Origin: Rhynchopus sp. YZ270_cl-10
Taxonomy: Eukaryota
DNA: 64,000 nt
Assembly (NCBI GenBank): GCA_964035575.1
Contig: OZ037840.1
Coordinates: forward strand, 124,001-188,000
Reading direction: 5' to 3'
Shown here: one piece after another, positions 23,699-36,633 of the stretch
Numbering within the stretch: the stretch's first letter is position 1
Layout of the letters: each line of letters begins with the position of its first letter
Notes under the pieces: generated by a model
Database searches by the model: none
What the model was told of the DNA's origin: nothing
Seen by the model: only the letters and a program-made list of their open reading frames with translations
Position numbers and translations under genes: made by a program

Positions 23699-24618
23699 CT
23701 GGGGGGGGGGCTAATACAAGTACCCCTGCAAATACAAGTACCCCCCGGGTTTTTCGATTTAGATTAATTTATACTTTTAATACAAGTACCCCCCACTTTT
23801 GTGTACGTTTTTCTTAGTAGGTGGTGCCAAAGAAAATTTCCCAGCAATTTTTACCCACAAAAATCGAGAATTTTTTTTTTCTATTTCGGTGCCAGGCTTT
23901 GCGCTAATTGTTGGCCCTTGGCCCGGGATTTTTGGATATTTTTGTGGTGCGTTTTTTGCAAACCGGGGTTTCTTTACCAAAACCAGAGAATCTCATATTT
24001 CATAGTAAGGGTACTTTAGAGCGTTTTTGTACCCACATGTGACCCCACCGTGGAGAGCAATCAGCTCGCGCAATCAAAAGAAACCAGAGAAAAGAAAAAA
24101 CGAAAAAAGTTGGGTACCGTGCACCTGCGGCGCTACCTGTTCCCAGTACAATGTCATCTGAAATTGGGTTTTCAGACTGAAAATGCCCTTGTTTAGGAGT
24201 CTGGGTTCATATTTTGTGAAATTTAAGTCACTAAAATTTTGTCCATTTTCCCGAATATGCCCCACCACAGCGCGGGATTGTCTCAGAAATGCCTCAAAAC
24301 ACTGTTTTTTCACCCCAGACGTTACCCGTCGCAACTATTTGAGGTGCGTTTTTTTGGGTTCGAAACATGATTTTTCAGATTTTTTCTAAAAGTTAGCGCG
24401 AAGCCTGCTTCACACCTTTTCTCTTTTCTCGATTTTTCGGATTTTTGCTAAGGCGTTGTCCCATACAAAAAAAATTATTTTCCCCCCATACAAAATGTAC
24501 AGGGAAAAAGTTTTTAATACAAGTACCCCCATCACCTTTTTTATTTTTGAAAAACCCGGATCTATTAGTTTTGCCCGCTCAATACAAGTACCCGGTACTT
24601 GTATTAGCTCCCCCCCAG
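23699..24618. mobile_element. Tc1/mariner-type (TA TSD) non-autonomous element
   Basis: TA|CTGGGGGGGGGGCTAATACAAGTACC ... GGTACTTGTATTAGCTCCCCCCCAG|TA; repeated AATACAAGTACCC subterminal motifs. Confidence 0.82.
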
Positions 24619-24716
24619 TAAAAAACGAAACTCTGTACTGAAAACTTCAGCGACAAATGTAAATTTGCTACTATTAAAATGCTTTCCAAAAATAATTTAT
24701 CCACATATCTATCTAC

Positions 24717-26483
24717 CTAAACAGAATTATCAACAAAGATAGAAGCCTTCTTGCGTTGTCCCCTCGTGCTAAAAGGCAAGTACAGAACATCACAGCCCCC
24801 AGAAGACGCAACCACGTTCACAGGTGTGTATGCTGGTCCCTTCCTCTCAGCTGCCGCAACATCTTCTGCAGAGCACTCTCCCCTCATGAAGCTGCGCACT
24901 GCCAAGTTGTAGTCCTCCCAGTCCTTCTTCCCGCCAACCACGTACATCCACTCCTCCACTGGTGATGTGGTCGTGGCGCCTTTTGGAACAACCAACTCAG
25001 CAACAACCTCCACATCACAGCCGGCAGCAAGCTCGATCTTGCAGGGGATCAGACGCAGTTCATGTTCGCACTCAGCATCGCTGAAGCAGAGACGGTTGCA
25101 CAGCACACTGCACCCCAACACACGGCCAGCACGTTCCAGCACGTTCACGTCCCTCACCAGTGTGCCCACCATGCTGAAGCGGCGCATCACTTCACACCCC
25201 ATGTCACCACGCAGCACCTTCCCAGTCGCAACTCCCATGTTCACGTGTGGTGCAATGTCATCATCATCACGTAGCAACAATGTGGCAGCGTGCAGTGCTG
25301 AGGTTGCGTGTGACGCACATGTTTTCGACGTGTTGAACGAGCAGTGGATCCTGTCCCCAACAAAGACGTCCACCATCCCACGACGCACTTCTGTTGCCTG
25401 CAACGTCTTCAGAAGAAGAGTTGTGAACAGGTCGGAGAAGCGTGCACTGTCCTCCTCCAAGCGGTGCAACGTGTCTTTGATGTTCAGTGTCAGCAGTGTT
25501 GCCCTTGTTGAGGACAGGCCCAGTGGCTGTGCACACACGAACGGGAGTGTGTTGGTCCGTAGGAAGTCACTCGGCATTGCTGCACCCTCGTCTGAGGATA
25601 TGCTCTCTTCCAACGCTTCAACTCCGTCCTCCTTGTCAAACGGCAGACACGTCTGCGGGAGGTATGCCTTGTACTTCCGCAGGTTCTCCTCTATACTCTG
25701 CAGTGCGTCCCTCATCCCCTCAGGCAGCGCAGCCTCGTGAACCTTCAGCATCTCCGCAACCCCCTCCACGTCGTACCCCGCAAGCAGCGACGCAATCTCC
25801 TGCACAGTGCTGATCGTCCGCTTCATTGTTGCTTGCTCCTTCAGGATCGCCCTTGCAAACCCTCTCGTTGCGATGAAGTCAACAACGAACACCAACAGAG
25901 ATATTATCGTACCTGCGGCTGTGTTCCTTGGACACGGAAGTGTCTCACACTGTCTCAGCTTGTCTGATACAGCCCTCCTCCCCAACTCACCATCCTGCGG
26001 CACAAGACCAGGTAGGTCGAAGATGCCAAACCTGAAGGACTCCTCCAGCCACATGAGCAACAACCACGCTAGGACAACACCCACCAGTGCACGGGTATAC
26101 CGTGAGGGCACTTGCATCACAAGCAGCAGGTCCACCACCAGCACGAGCGGCGTCCATAAATCATCGGAGTTGCAGCGAGCAAGCAGATCCCCAACCAGGA
26201 TGATTGCTGAGTGCGAGTAGCCAACTCCAACGACAATGGGAGTCGTCAACTTGAACCTGCCGAAGATAAATATATAACCCATGACCGTTGTCAGCATTGA
26301 AAGCAGTATGGCCCAGACACGCAACCCACCATACTTCATGGACACAAGCATGAAGACGATCAGAAACACAAACGCCGCTGTGTTCATCACAAGGAACAGC
26401 TCCCGCTTCCTCCTCTCCTTTGCGTCAAGTGTGCCATCCAGCGTCAGTGCACCCTCAACACAACGTGGCCACCGCAGCTTCAT
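24717..26483 (-). CDS. Type I cyclase-like protein, copy 4
   Basis: MKLRWPRC start; same motifs as paralogs. Confidence 0.85.
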   Translation of the reverse strand: MKLRWPRCVEGALTLDGTLDAKERRKRELFLVMNTAAFVFLIVFMLVSMKYGGLRVWAILLSMLTTVMGYIFIFGRFKLTTPIVVGVGYSHSAIILVGDLLARCNSDDLWTPLVLVVDLLLVMQVPSRYTRALVGVVLAWLLLMWLEESFRFGIFDLPGLVPQDGELGRRAVSDKLRQCETLPCPRNTAAGTIISLLVFVVDFIATRGFARAILKEQATMKRTISTVQEIASLLAGYDVEGVAEMLKVHEAALPEGMRDALQSIEENLRKYKAYLPQTCLPFDKEDGVEALEESISSDEGAAMPSDFLRTNTLPFVCAQPLGLSSTRATLLTLNIKDTLHRLEEDSARFSDLFTTLLLKTLQATEVRRGMVDVFVGDRIHCSFNTSKTCASHATSALHAATLLLRDDDDIAPHVNMGVATGKVLRGDMGCEVMRRFSMVGTLVRDVNVLERAGRVLGCSVLCNRLCFSDAECEHELRLIPCKIELAAGCDVEVVAELVVPKGATTTSPVEEWMYVVGGKKDWEDYNLAVRSFMRGECSAEDVAAAERKGPAYTPVNVVASSGGCDVLYLPFSTRGQRKKASIFVDNSV

Positions 26484-26924
26484 TGCGACAACCCCAGCTG
26501 TATGTGATACTGTACACTCCTGCGCGTAGGTCCGTTCAGAAAACACGACAATGTGTATTGGTGATGCCTGTTAGTAGTCGTGTGGACTGCAGAAGAGCAG
26601 ACCAGAAAAGGTGGTTTGTGCCGTTCACACCGAAAAACAAAATAGCAGAGGCGATTTGCATAATATTAGTGAACAGATATTTACTTGACCCCTCCCCCGC
26701 TCTCCTCGTTGTATGCGAGTGCAAATGGAAATTTGCAGGCAGGCACGTTGAAGAGGGCCCAAACACATATTTTCTTCTTTTTTTTACAAAAATGCATTTC
26801 AAAGTGATGCTGACCACATATTCCCACCCACACCTAAAAAAATACCCGACCCTTTTTTGGCCCCAAAGTGGACCAACTGAAAAAGTGGCAAGGACCTGGT
26901 ACCTTGCGTTGGCAAACCGAAGTA

Positions 26925-27145
26925 CCAGATCCTGGCACCCTTTTTGAAACATGGTTCTAAGTTGCACCAGTACTTCTAAACACCCCGAAACCGCCTGGGT
27001 ACCCCTCTAGATAGGTTATGGGGTGAAAATATGTGGCTTTGGGGGCTTTTCTGACCCTCATTGGGTCAGGAAAGCCGGTAACGCCACATATTTTCACCCC
27101 ATAACCTATCCCGAGGGGTACCCAGGCGGTTTCGGGGTGTTTATC
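26925..27145. repeat. Decayed fragment of the family A foldback element
   Basis: Matches the CCCTTTTTGAAACATGGTTCTAAGTT...GGGGTGAAAATATGTGGCTTTGGGGGC module of 7506-8700. Confidence 0.75.
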
Positions 27146-27163
27146 CACCTAAGCACACGTACT

Positions 27164-27237
27164 CATACTTCGTGGTCCGCCTGAGTCCGCCTGAGTCCGT
27201 CTCAGGTCGTCTCAACTCAGGCGGATCACGAAGTATG
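27164..27237. mobile_element. 74-bp mini-MITE with CATA..TATG ends
   Basis: CATACTTCGTGGTCCGCCTGAGT / ACTCAGGCGGATCACGAAGTATG; flanks CGTACT and CATACT (6-bp TSD, one mismatch). Confidence 0.7.
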
Positions 27238-27278
27238 CATACTTATTTATATTGTGTTGATTTCTTGAGAATATGGCA

Positions 27279-29054
27279 CTACACACTTTCCAAAAAAGTA
27301 TTATCAACAAAGATAGAAGCCTTCTTGCGTTGTCCCCTCGTGCTAAAAGGCAAGTACAGAACATCACAGCCCCCAGAAGACGCAACCACGTGCACAGGTG
27401 TGTATGCTGGTCCCTTCCTCTCAGCTGCCGCAACATCTTCTGCAGAGCACTCTCCCCTCATGAAGCTGCGCACTGCCAAGTTGTAGTCCTCCCAGTCCTT
27501 CTTCCCGCCAACCACGTACATCCACTCGTCCACCACTGAGGCAGCCCTGGCTCCTTTTGGAACAACCAACTCAGCAACAACCTCCGCATCACAGCCGGCA
27601 GCAAGCTCGATCTTGCAGGGGATCAGACGCAGTTCATGTTCGCACTCAGCATCACTGAAGCAGAGGCGGTTGCACAGCACACTGCACCCCAACACACGGC
27701 CAGCACGTTCCAGCACGTTCACGTCACGAGCAAGTGTGCCCACCATGCTGAAGCGGCGCATCACTTCACACCCCATGTCACCACGCAGCACCTTCCCAGT
27801 CGCAACTCCCATGTTCACATGTGGTGCAATGTTGTTGTCATCACCACACAGCAACAATGTGGCAGCGTGCAGTGCTGAGGTTGCGTGTGACGCACATGCT
27901 TTCGACGTGTTGAACGAGCAGTGGATCCTGTCCCCAACAAAGACGTCCACCATCCCACGACGCATTTCTGTTGCCTGCAACGTCTTCAGAAGAAGAGTTG
28001 TGAACAGGTCGGAGAAGCGTGCACTGTCCTCCTCCACGAGGTGCAACGTGTCCTTGATGTTCAGTGTCAGCAGGGTTGCCTTTATGGAGGCCAGACCCAG
28101 TGGCTGAACAGATGTCGACAGTAAAGCGACCCTTGAGCTGTTCTGTGACATTGTTGCGCCAGAATCAGACATGTCGGAATGTTCCTGTGTTTCCTTCACC
28201 TCCTCCTCAAACGGCAGACACGTCTGCGGGAGGTATGCCTTGTACTTCCGCAGGTTCTCCTCTATACTCTGCAGTGCGTCCCTCATCCCCTCAGGCAGCG
28301 CAGCCTCGTGAACCTTCAGCATCTCCGCAACCCCCTCCACGTCGTACCCCGCAAGCAGCGACGCAATCTCCTGCACAGTGCTGATCGTCCGCTTCATTGT
28401 TGCCTGCTCCTTCAGGATGTCACGTGCAAACCCTCTCGTTGCGAGGAAGTCGATCACGAAGATGACTGATGCTGTCAGTGTCTCCCCTACTGTACTCTTC
28501 GCACAGGGAAGAGTCTCGCATTGGGTGAGTTCCTGCATCACAACCTTCCTCCCCAACTCACCCTCCTGCGGCACAAGACCAGGTAGGTCAAACAGGCCAA
28601 ACCTGAAGTACTCCTCTGCACACATGAGAGTCAACCACACAAGCGCGAAGCTGACAAAACCAATAGTGTACCGTGAGGGCACCTGCATGATCAGCAACAT
28701 GTCTGCAAGTAACACAAAGGGCACCCAGGACTGCTGGCCGTAACACCGAGCAAGCAGATCAGACAAGAGCAACGAAAAGGCAAACGAAGCAGCAATGCCC
28801 ACGACAATAGTAGACGACAGCCTAAACCTGCACAAGATCAAGACAAAACCAACCAACGACGTCACCCGCAGCTGGATCAATGAGATGAGACGCACCCACG
28901 TCGGGTTGTACGGCGTCATCGTGAACGCAAGCATAAACACAAACGACGTAACATTCAAAGTAAAAAACAGCTCCCGCTTCCTCCTCTCCTTTGCGTCAAG
29001 TGTACCATCCAGCGTCAGTGCACCCTCTATGCAACGTGGCCACTGCAGCTTCAT
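27279..29054 (-). CDS. Type I cyclase-like protein, copy 5
   Basis: MKLQWPRC start; same motifs as paralogs. Confidence 0.85.
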   Translation of the reverse strand: MKLQWPRCIEGALTLDGTLDAKERRKRELFFTLNVTSFVFMLAFTMTPYNPTWVRLISLIQLRVTSLVGFVLILCRFRLSSTIVVGIAASFAFSLLLSDLLARCYGQQSWVPFVLLADMLLIMQVPSRYTIGFVSFALVWLTLMCAEEYFRFGLFDLPGLVPQEGELGRKVVMQELTQCETLPCAKSTVGETLTASVIFVIDFLATRGFARDILKEQATMKRTISTVQEIASLLAGYDVEGVAEMLKVHEAALPEGMRDALQSIEENLRKYKAYLPQTCLPFEEEVKETQEHSDMSDSGATMSQNSSRVALLSTSVQPLGLASIKATLLTLNIKDTLHLVEEDSARFSDLFTTLLLKTLQATEMRRGMVDVFVGDRIHCSFNTSKACASHATSALHAATLLLCGDDNNIAPHVNMGVATGKVLRGDMGCEVMRRFSMVGTLARDVNVLERAGRVLGCSVLCNRLCFSDAECEHELRLIPCKIELAAGCDAEVVAELVVPKGARAASVVDEWMYVVGGKKDWEDYNLAVRSFMRGECSAEDVAAAERKGPAYTPVHVVASSGGCDVLYLPFSTRGQRKKASIFVDNTFLESV

Positions 29055-30761
29055 TGCAAACAATCGTTTGTTTTCTGCACAATAGGCGAGATAATCTATC
29101 AGGTCTCGGAGTCTGCTCACTACTTGCTTTTGTGTAGTCTGTTCGGGGCATGTGATGTGGGAGGAGGGCTACAGAAAAATGAACTTGGCACAACTGTGCT
29201 GTGTCACAGACACAAGGGTTTTTTTCTACTCAAAATATTGAAAATGAAAACTCACACAATGAGAAAGGAAGCTTTCAGAAAGCGCGAAAAGAGTATTTCT
29301 TTTTTTTTCTTCTTCTTTTCTTTTGCACTGAGCACACGTTCAAAAGCATTGTTTTGCCATCAAGAATTTACTTTATTTTGAAGCACACACGCACATCTGG
29401 GCAATGCCCCACTTTTCGGAACTACCCACAACCGCTGTCAGCTCACACACACACATTGGGGCCATATTCTGAGCAAGAATTACCCCTAGTTATCAAACAC
29501 ACACACACCTGCAAAGCAGGCACACAGCCACACGAAATAGAACATACACCACTTCGCCACGCTCCGCTGTCCACCAGCCCATATAATGAAGCAGGCACAA
29601 GAAACATTTTGGGATGTTTCGTTCTGTAGTATCCAAACCACACGACGCAATACGGCAATTAAAAACTGTAGTTATTAATGCACCTCCGACGGACCCACTG
29701 GACGATGCCAGCCATCCGGATGAAAGCACAATTTAAAAAAAAAAAGGGGGGGGCGACTTTGAAGTGCAAAGCCCCTCTAGCAACAGTGTACCTTTTGGTA
29801 TGAGACCACAACACACCGGGTGGAGCAGCAAGGATGACACTACCGTACATCCATTTTAGAGCAGTCTCACCATGTCTTGGCAGGCACGTGAACCGAAAGG
29901 TTAGACAACGTTGGTATTTCAACATATGCAATCAATAAATTGGTGTAGGAGGAGGGATAAAAACCCATCTTTTCTTTTACAAAGTTTAAAAAAAAGAAAC
30001 AAAACGAAAAACAAAAATCGCGCGTGCGGCCGTTGTTCATTTTTTTTAAACTAGATTGCATGCACCCTACCACCTCCTCACTCCCCCTGAAACTATTGTA
30101 CATCGGCCGGCGCCACCTCAAGATATTTCTTCTGTGCTTCTGGAAGAGAGCTTTTGACCGTCAAACCACAGGCAGTGCGCAGGGAACGGCACTGTGGACT
30201 GGAGCTTCGAATGCATAGGTGACCTGATAGAGAGCGTTGTAGGGTGCATGCTTCCAAAGAGGAAAACAGGAGTTGGTTTTTTTATTTTTATTTTGAAAAC
30301 TTAGTTTGTATTAGTGAAGACACCCCGAGGATGAGCTCCACACCGCTTTTTATTAATTTGAGTAAATTGCAAACGACAAAAAAAAAAAAAGGTGAAGTTG
30401 ATAGTGCAAACAAACGGGGACGCAGGCACTGACACTCCGTGGGTTATCGAACCCCCACGGAGCGTCAGTGCCCCACAAAAATTATTACGCACGGATGCTG
30501 CGCACCCAGAAAAAACTCGGGTATGCGACTATAGGAATATATAGGAAAAAACTCCCCCCTTTTATTTTTCCTTCCTTCAAAACTACACACACAACGCTTT
30601 TGGTTTTTGGGAGACACACAAGGTGCCAGGTTCTATGATAAGCACGGAACCACCCTGCACCTGTTTGTCATATTGTTTCCCGTGCAATACATGGAGAAAC
30701 GTTTCGCACTCGAAACAAGGGTAAAAGATAAAAGAAACGCGAGCTTATTGTTTTATCTTGT

Positions 30762-33630
30762 TCAATCCCCTACATACTTGTCAGGCTTTGCCACCATCAT
30801 GAGGGGCCGCCCTTCGGTCACGTGAGAGTCCACGAAGTCAGCAAAGCGTGCGGTAAGACGCTGCATCGAGAGTGAGTGGCGGTCCATCATCTCGCGCGAG
30901 AAGGTGTTCCGCGCGACAAGGCGGAGAATGAGATTGCGTGTCAGCGTCGGGTCGAAGAGAGGCACACCGAAGTACAGAGAACATGGCGTCACCGTCACGT
31001 CAGCGTCATCGATGTGTGGTGTGTCTGCAGCTCTGGGCGACGGGGAAGGTGAAGGGGTGGCAGTTGTGGCGGGCGATGGCGCAGACGAGCTCGCACCGTC
31101 CCCCCACAACCCATCCAGCACCTTCGTGTACTCCGTCTTGCGCGCCGCAGCGAGCGCGACACTCCGCGGCACTGCGGGATGGACGGTCTTCTTTTTAGGG
31201 CGGTCGATTACCTGCAGAAGAGGTTGGGGTGGGGGGGGTGTGTGAGGGGTGTGTGGGGGGAAGAGAATTGCTAATAGCCGACGGCAAAGTAAATGAATTT
31301 GACTTGAAATACAACCTTCACATGATAATTGATTGATTTTACTTAAGGCAACGGTGAAATCACCGTGGAGGTTAAGGGGATTTAGCATATTTTCAAAAAT
31401 GTCAAAAATATGCATTTTTTTTTGTATTATCTTGGCAGTACTGTTATGTCCATCCCCTTCCTTACATTACACATCCCCATACCATTTTGAGGTGCCCCAC
31501 TGACGCCCCTAGGTCGAATGTCTCCATCGCCGTCTGCACATAACCATTCACAACCCCCTGCAGACGCGCACTGAGCACCCCAGCACCACCCGCACCACCA
31601 CCACCACCACCCTCACTATAGCTCGGACTCTCTCTGCCTCCATCCTCCTCCTCCCCCTCCCCCTCTTCCCCCTCCTCCGCTTTTGCCTCCTCCTCCTGCG
31701 GCGGCGGGAACGGAACGTGAATGACTTCAAGCTCCCGCCCTACTCTCTCGTGCGCGACCAACATGACCGGTTGCCATTGAAGTTCTTCGTTGACACGCAA
31801 CAGCGCGTTTGATGCATGCAATACCGTAGGATGAGAGTCAAGCGACCACGGGTACAACAACACCGATGCAACGTGAGGAGGTGACAACACCGCAGGCAAC
31901 CTTTTCAACACGGTTCCTCGAGTAAAAACAAACATTTTCGGACCGACCCCAATCTCGGAGGCAGAAAACAAAAAAAACCAAGCACTTGCCATTAGACTAA
32001 CAGGGTTGCCATAATAACCTCTAAGATGCCCGGTCAAGCTTAGCGGCGAAGCGAGAGGAGACATAGAAAGGATGCAAGCATAATTTTTGTTCAAAATGCG
32101 AATTCGTGTGTCTGGGTCAAGAGAATTGAGGGATTCGGCCCGGATTAGATCGAGCCGACCGTCGCAGTCTTCAATACCGAGGCTACTGTTGTGGCGGAGG
32201 TGCACCAATAGCTCCCGCAACGCAAGCGCATGGTCGAAGTACTTCCGCACCTCCCCTTCCTTTGAGGAGGAGTCGATCCCTAAGAGCTGTTCTGTAAGAA
32301 GTCCGAGAAGTTCGTCGGTCATCTTGCCTGCTTCGAACAATGTGACAGCATGCTGTTTCATGACCCCAAGGTTGCCCATCATGAGGTACGCAGTCAGTTC
32401 AGAATCAAACACAAACCCGATTCGCTTCTTCTCATATGAGTCCTGAAGAGAGACGGAAGAAGCATCCTGCGTTGTGCTGTGTTGTGCCTGCGAGGGGGAG
32501 TTCTGGCTTTGTGGAGACGATGTAGTGCTGACCTCAAATTTTGCCAAAGATGCACGCCATGTGTGATGCAAAGCTCCCCGCTTCTCAGCCTTATCTAAAA
32601 GGCCGCGTGCAGTGCGTTTAAACGCCATCCCCGTTCTGCAATAAATCGCAACAGCGTTCGCGACCTCGGATATATCTTTTTCGAGCATCACCGCCAACTC
32701 CGATACGGTCGTTCTTGAGTCAATTGAAACAAGAATGTCGTACAGCAGCTTCTCAAACGGGTCTGATGAGGTGCGGTTCATCACAAAATTCTGCAAAGGG
32801 GGGACCACGATTTGGTCGTTTTCTGCGATGATGATGTGGGGCTGCAGGATTTCCTTTTGGAAGAGAAACTCCAACGATGCCTTGGGATACGAGCACGCCA
32901 GCGGAATGGTATACCTGAAGGGCCGTGCAGGAGAGTTAAGCACCGCCTTTGCATCAGCCCCTCCGCTGCCCCCTTCAGCATGCGCAATAATCGTATCAAT
33001 CAAATCTGCTATGTTGCTTGGCAGTTCTTTGTAGTATTTGTCCAACTTCTCTGACACAACGTGCAGCCCCCACCAAGGTTCCAATTCTGCCTCTTTGATA
33101 ATCTGTTCTGGAAGCGCGCCTGCAACATTTGTAGCCCCAATTGCCTTGCCAATTTGCTGCATGAGGGACCCTTTCTTCACCTTCGAGCCGTTCATGATGT
33201 GGATGTATTGGTTGCGGCCTACCCCGGTCAACCGCATGCAATCGATTGCAGTGAAGTTGGGCATAGAATCGTATGACTTCTCTGCCTTGAGCATATCGTT
33301 GAGGACGGTACGGTAGTGGCCGAAGGGCGTTGTTTTGCAGTAGGTCATGATGGATGTTTCGAATTTGTACGGATAGAGGAGCCGTCGTTCTCGGCAGTCG
33401 TGCATCATTTTCGTGTAGTACTCCTTTTCGCCGAGGGGGATGTCCCAAGTGCCGCATTGCTCATAAGACCATTGGTTAGCAAGCGCAAACCCAAGCAGCT
33501 CCGCAGAATGTTCTCTCGCATTGGTCGTCCGCCTCACCGCGGCAGGCAGCTTCTCAAAGGAGACCCCCTGGCTGATCAGCTCCTTCAGCTTTGGAACACC
33601 TCCGGAGAAGTTTTCCATGTCGAGGCTCAT
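30762..33630 (-). CDS. FAM91A1: FAM91A1-like protein, two exons: 33630-31483 and 31211-30762
   Basis: Motifs LLYPY, TPFGHY..EKSYDSMPNFTAIDCMRLTGVGRNQYI, VPPLQNFVMNR..DPFEKLLY, KRIGFVFDSELTAYLMMGNL and LYFGVPLFD. A phase-0 GT..CAG intron (31482-31212) joins HLKM|VIDR in frame. Confidence 0.88.
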
Positions 33631-33872
33631 TGGGGTTGTATTGGGGGAAAAGGCGGAGGGGAGGGGGGAGGAGAAGAAGGGTGTGTCAAGTGGTATCCTC
33701 TACTCTCTGTGTGGGGGGTTTGATGATGTGTGGGGAAGGGGGCGGATCGTCCTTTGGGTTCAAGTAAAAGAAATAGAATGTAGCAGGATATGAAATCCAG
33801 AGAGGAAGGTGGCTCGTGTGTAGATGGTCCAGGGGGTCCTTGTATCCCGTAGGGTCAAAAAAAAACAAAATA

Positions 33873-34253
33873 CAGTCATCCAACAAACGTTGGTGGGTAA
33901 AAACGTTGGTGGATTTGGGGTCTCGAAAAAATTGGTGGGTTTTTTGGATTAGAACTGCATGTTTGAGTTTCCTTTACGTGGACCCCTATGCCCCTATGTC
34001 CCTCCTCCCCTCCCCCACTTCCACCCAAACCCGGTCCAGATTGAAAAAATAATACCGCAAAAGTAAAAAAAGATGCCCCCATATACAAAACCTACCACAG
34101 GTTTACACCGTCAATGTTGCACTTTTGGGTTTGCGGGTACATGGTAAACACAGGTTAGAAACCACTAAGGTTGGTGGGTAAAAACGTTGGTGGGTTTGGG
34201 GTCTCAAAAAATTTTGGTGGGTTTTTACCCCACCAACCTTTGTTGGATGACTG
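33873..34253. mobile_element. Tc1/mariner (pogo-like) MITE
   Basis: TA|CAGTCATCCAACAAACGTTGGTGGG ... CCCACCAACCTTTGTTGGATGACTG|TA. Confidence 0.85.
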
Positions 34254-34294
34254 TACCTAGAAAAAACCCTGCGTTAAAAGCAAATGGAAATTTG

Positions 34295-36089
34295 CTACAT
34301 GCTCTCCAAAGCAGAACTATCATCAGCGACAAAGACTGCATCCTTCTTGCGTTGTCTCCTGGTGCTAAAAGGCAAGTACAGAACATCACAGCCCCCAGAA
34401 GACGCAACCACGTTCACAGGTGTGTATGCTGGTCCCTTCCTCTCAGCTGCCGCAACATCTTCTGCAGAGCACTCTCCCCTCAAGAAGCTGCGCACTGCCA
34501 AGTTGTAGTCCTCCCAGTCCTTCTTCCCGCCAACCACGTACATCCACTCGTCCACTGGTGATGTGGTTGTGGCGCCTTTTGGAACAACCAACTCAGCAAC
34601 AACCTCCGCATCACAGCCGGCAGCAAGCTCGATCTTGCAGGGGATCAGACGCAGTTCATGTTCGCACTCAGCATCACTGAAGCAGAGGCGGTTGCACAGC
34701 ACACTGCACCCCAACACACGGCCAGCACGTTCCAGCACGTTCACGTCACGAGCAAGTGTGCCCACCATGCTGAAGCGGCGCATCACTCCACACCCCATGT
34801 CACCACGCAGCACCTTCCCAGTCGCAACTCCCATGTTCACGTGTGGTGCAATGTTGTTGTCATCATCACACAGCAACACTGTGGCAGCGTGCAGTGCTGA
34901 GGTTGCGTGTGACGCACATGTTTTCGACGTGTTGAACGAGCAGTGGATCCTGTCCCCAACAAAGACGTCCACCATCCCACGACGCACTTCTGTTGCCTGC
35001 AACGTCTTCAGAAGAAGAGTTGTGAACAGGTCGGAGAAGCGTGCACTGTCCTCCTCCAAGCGGTGCAACGTGTCTTTGATGTTCAGTGTCAGCAGTGTTG
35101 CCCTTGTTGAGGACAGGCCCAGTGGCTGTGCACACACGAACGGGAGTGTGTTGGTCCGTAGGAAGTCACTCGGCATTGCTGCACCCTCGTCTGAGGATAT
35201 GCTCTCTTCCAACGCTTCAACTCCGTCCTCCTTGTCAAACGGCAGACACGTCTGCGGGAGGTATGCCTTGTACTTCCGCAGGTTCTCCTCTATACTCTGC
35301 AGTGCGTCCCTCATCCCCTCAGGCAGCGCAGCCTCGTGAACCTTCAGCATCTCCGCAACCCCCTCCACGTCGTACCCCGCAAGCAGCGACGCAATCTCCT
35401 GCACAGTGCTGATCGTCCGCTTCATTGTTGCTTGCTCCTTCAGGATCGCCCTTGCAAACCCTCTCGTTGCGATGAAGTCAACAACGAACACCAGCACTGC
35501 ACCCAAGGTGAGCGACACAGAAGGCGTTGCACACGGCAGCGTATCACAGTTGGTCCTATCGTATGCAGCCGCCCTCCTCCCGAACTCACCATCCTGCGGC
35601 ACAAGACCAGGTAGGTCGAAGATGCCAAACCTGAAGGACTCCTCCAAACACATGACAACCAACCACACAAGCACAACACCCATCAAACCAGCAGTGTAAC
35701 GTGTGGGCACTTGCATCACGAGCAACATGTCCACAATGAGCACGAGCGGTGCCCAAAACATGGCACTTTTGCAACGAGCAACCAAATCAGCACAAAATAT
35801 ACACAGCGCAATCATGTAAGCAACACCAACCACGAAAGGTGTCGTCAACTTCTTCTTGCACAAGATGTGCACCACCGAGAGCAGTGACGTGACTGCCACT
35901 GCTATTGCGGACCACCTACGCAGCCCATCGTACTTAAGCGCACTAAGCGAGGTCAACACGTTGAATACAAGCGATGTGCAGTTGATCCCAAAGAACAGCT
36001 CCCCCTTCCTCCTCTCCTTTGCGTCAAGTGTACCATCCAGCGTCAGTGCACCCTCAACACAACATGTGTTGTGGCCACTGCAGCTTCAT
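34295..36089 (-). pseudogene. Type I cyclase-like gene, copy 6, frameshifted near the start
   Basis: The paralog-type ATG at 36089 is out of frame with the body because of a 7-bp insertion (ATGTGTT, 36064-36070). The rest of the gene (35959-34295) is open. Confidence 0.78.
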
Positions 36090-36309
36090 TGCAACAACCC
36101 CAGCTGTCTGTGTCAAGAATGCGACACCCGCTTGGTCGACCTTTTTCCTTTCTTCTGGTGTACAAACTGTGTAAAAACTGTGGGTGCAGTGTGGTGACAA
36201 AGTGTACTACCAAGTTCTGACCCAAAAAGTGTATGGGAGGGAGGGGTTCGGTTTTTGAAAATACAGTCCCCAAAGGTCGTTGTGCAAAGCGTACTGACAC
36301 TGTTGCCAC

Positions 36310-36552
36310 CAATGCGCACAGTCAGTCCACCCCAAAGTGGTCCCTGTTCAGCACAGATGGATACATCTTCGAGGAGTGAGGCAGGCCATGAAGCACCACG
36401 CAGGAGTTCGTGCACACTCAGGCCAAAGTTCACTCCGTCCTGTGTTGACGTGAAGGCGACCATGAAGGCGTCGCCGATGGTTTTGACTTCGTACCCTCCG
36501 AACATCCCCATCACCTCACGCATCACAGTGTTGTGTATCTTCAGTCCAGCAA
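36310..36552 (-). pseudogene. Fragment of the catalytic (type II) adenylyl cyclase domain
   Basis: Encodes AGLKIHNTVMREVMGMFGGYEVKTIGDAFMVAF...LWGGLTVRIG, matching the type II genes, with no TM region. Confidence 0.85.
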
Positions 36553-36633
36553 AATTCATAAAAAAAGACTTCAAGTGTAAATAAAAAAGGCAACGCTGTG
36601 TCAAAAACTTCACCTCTGGCAAATGAAAATTTG

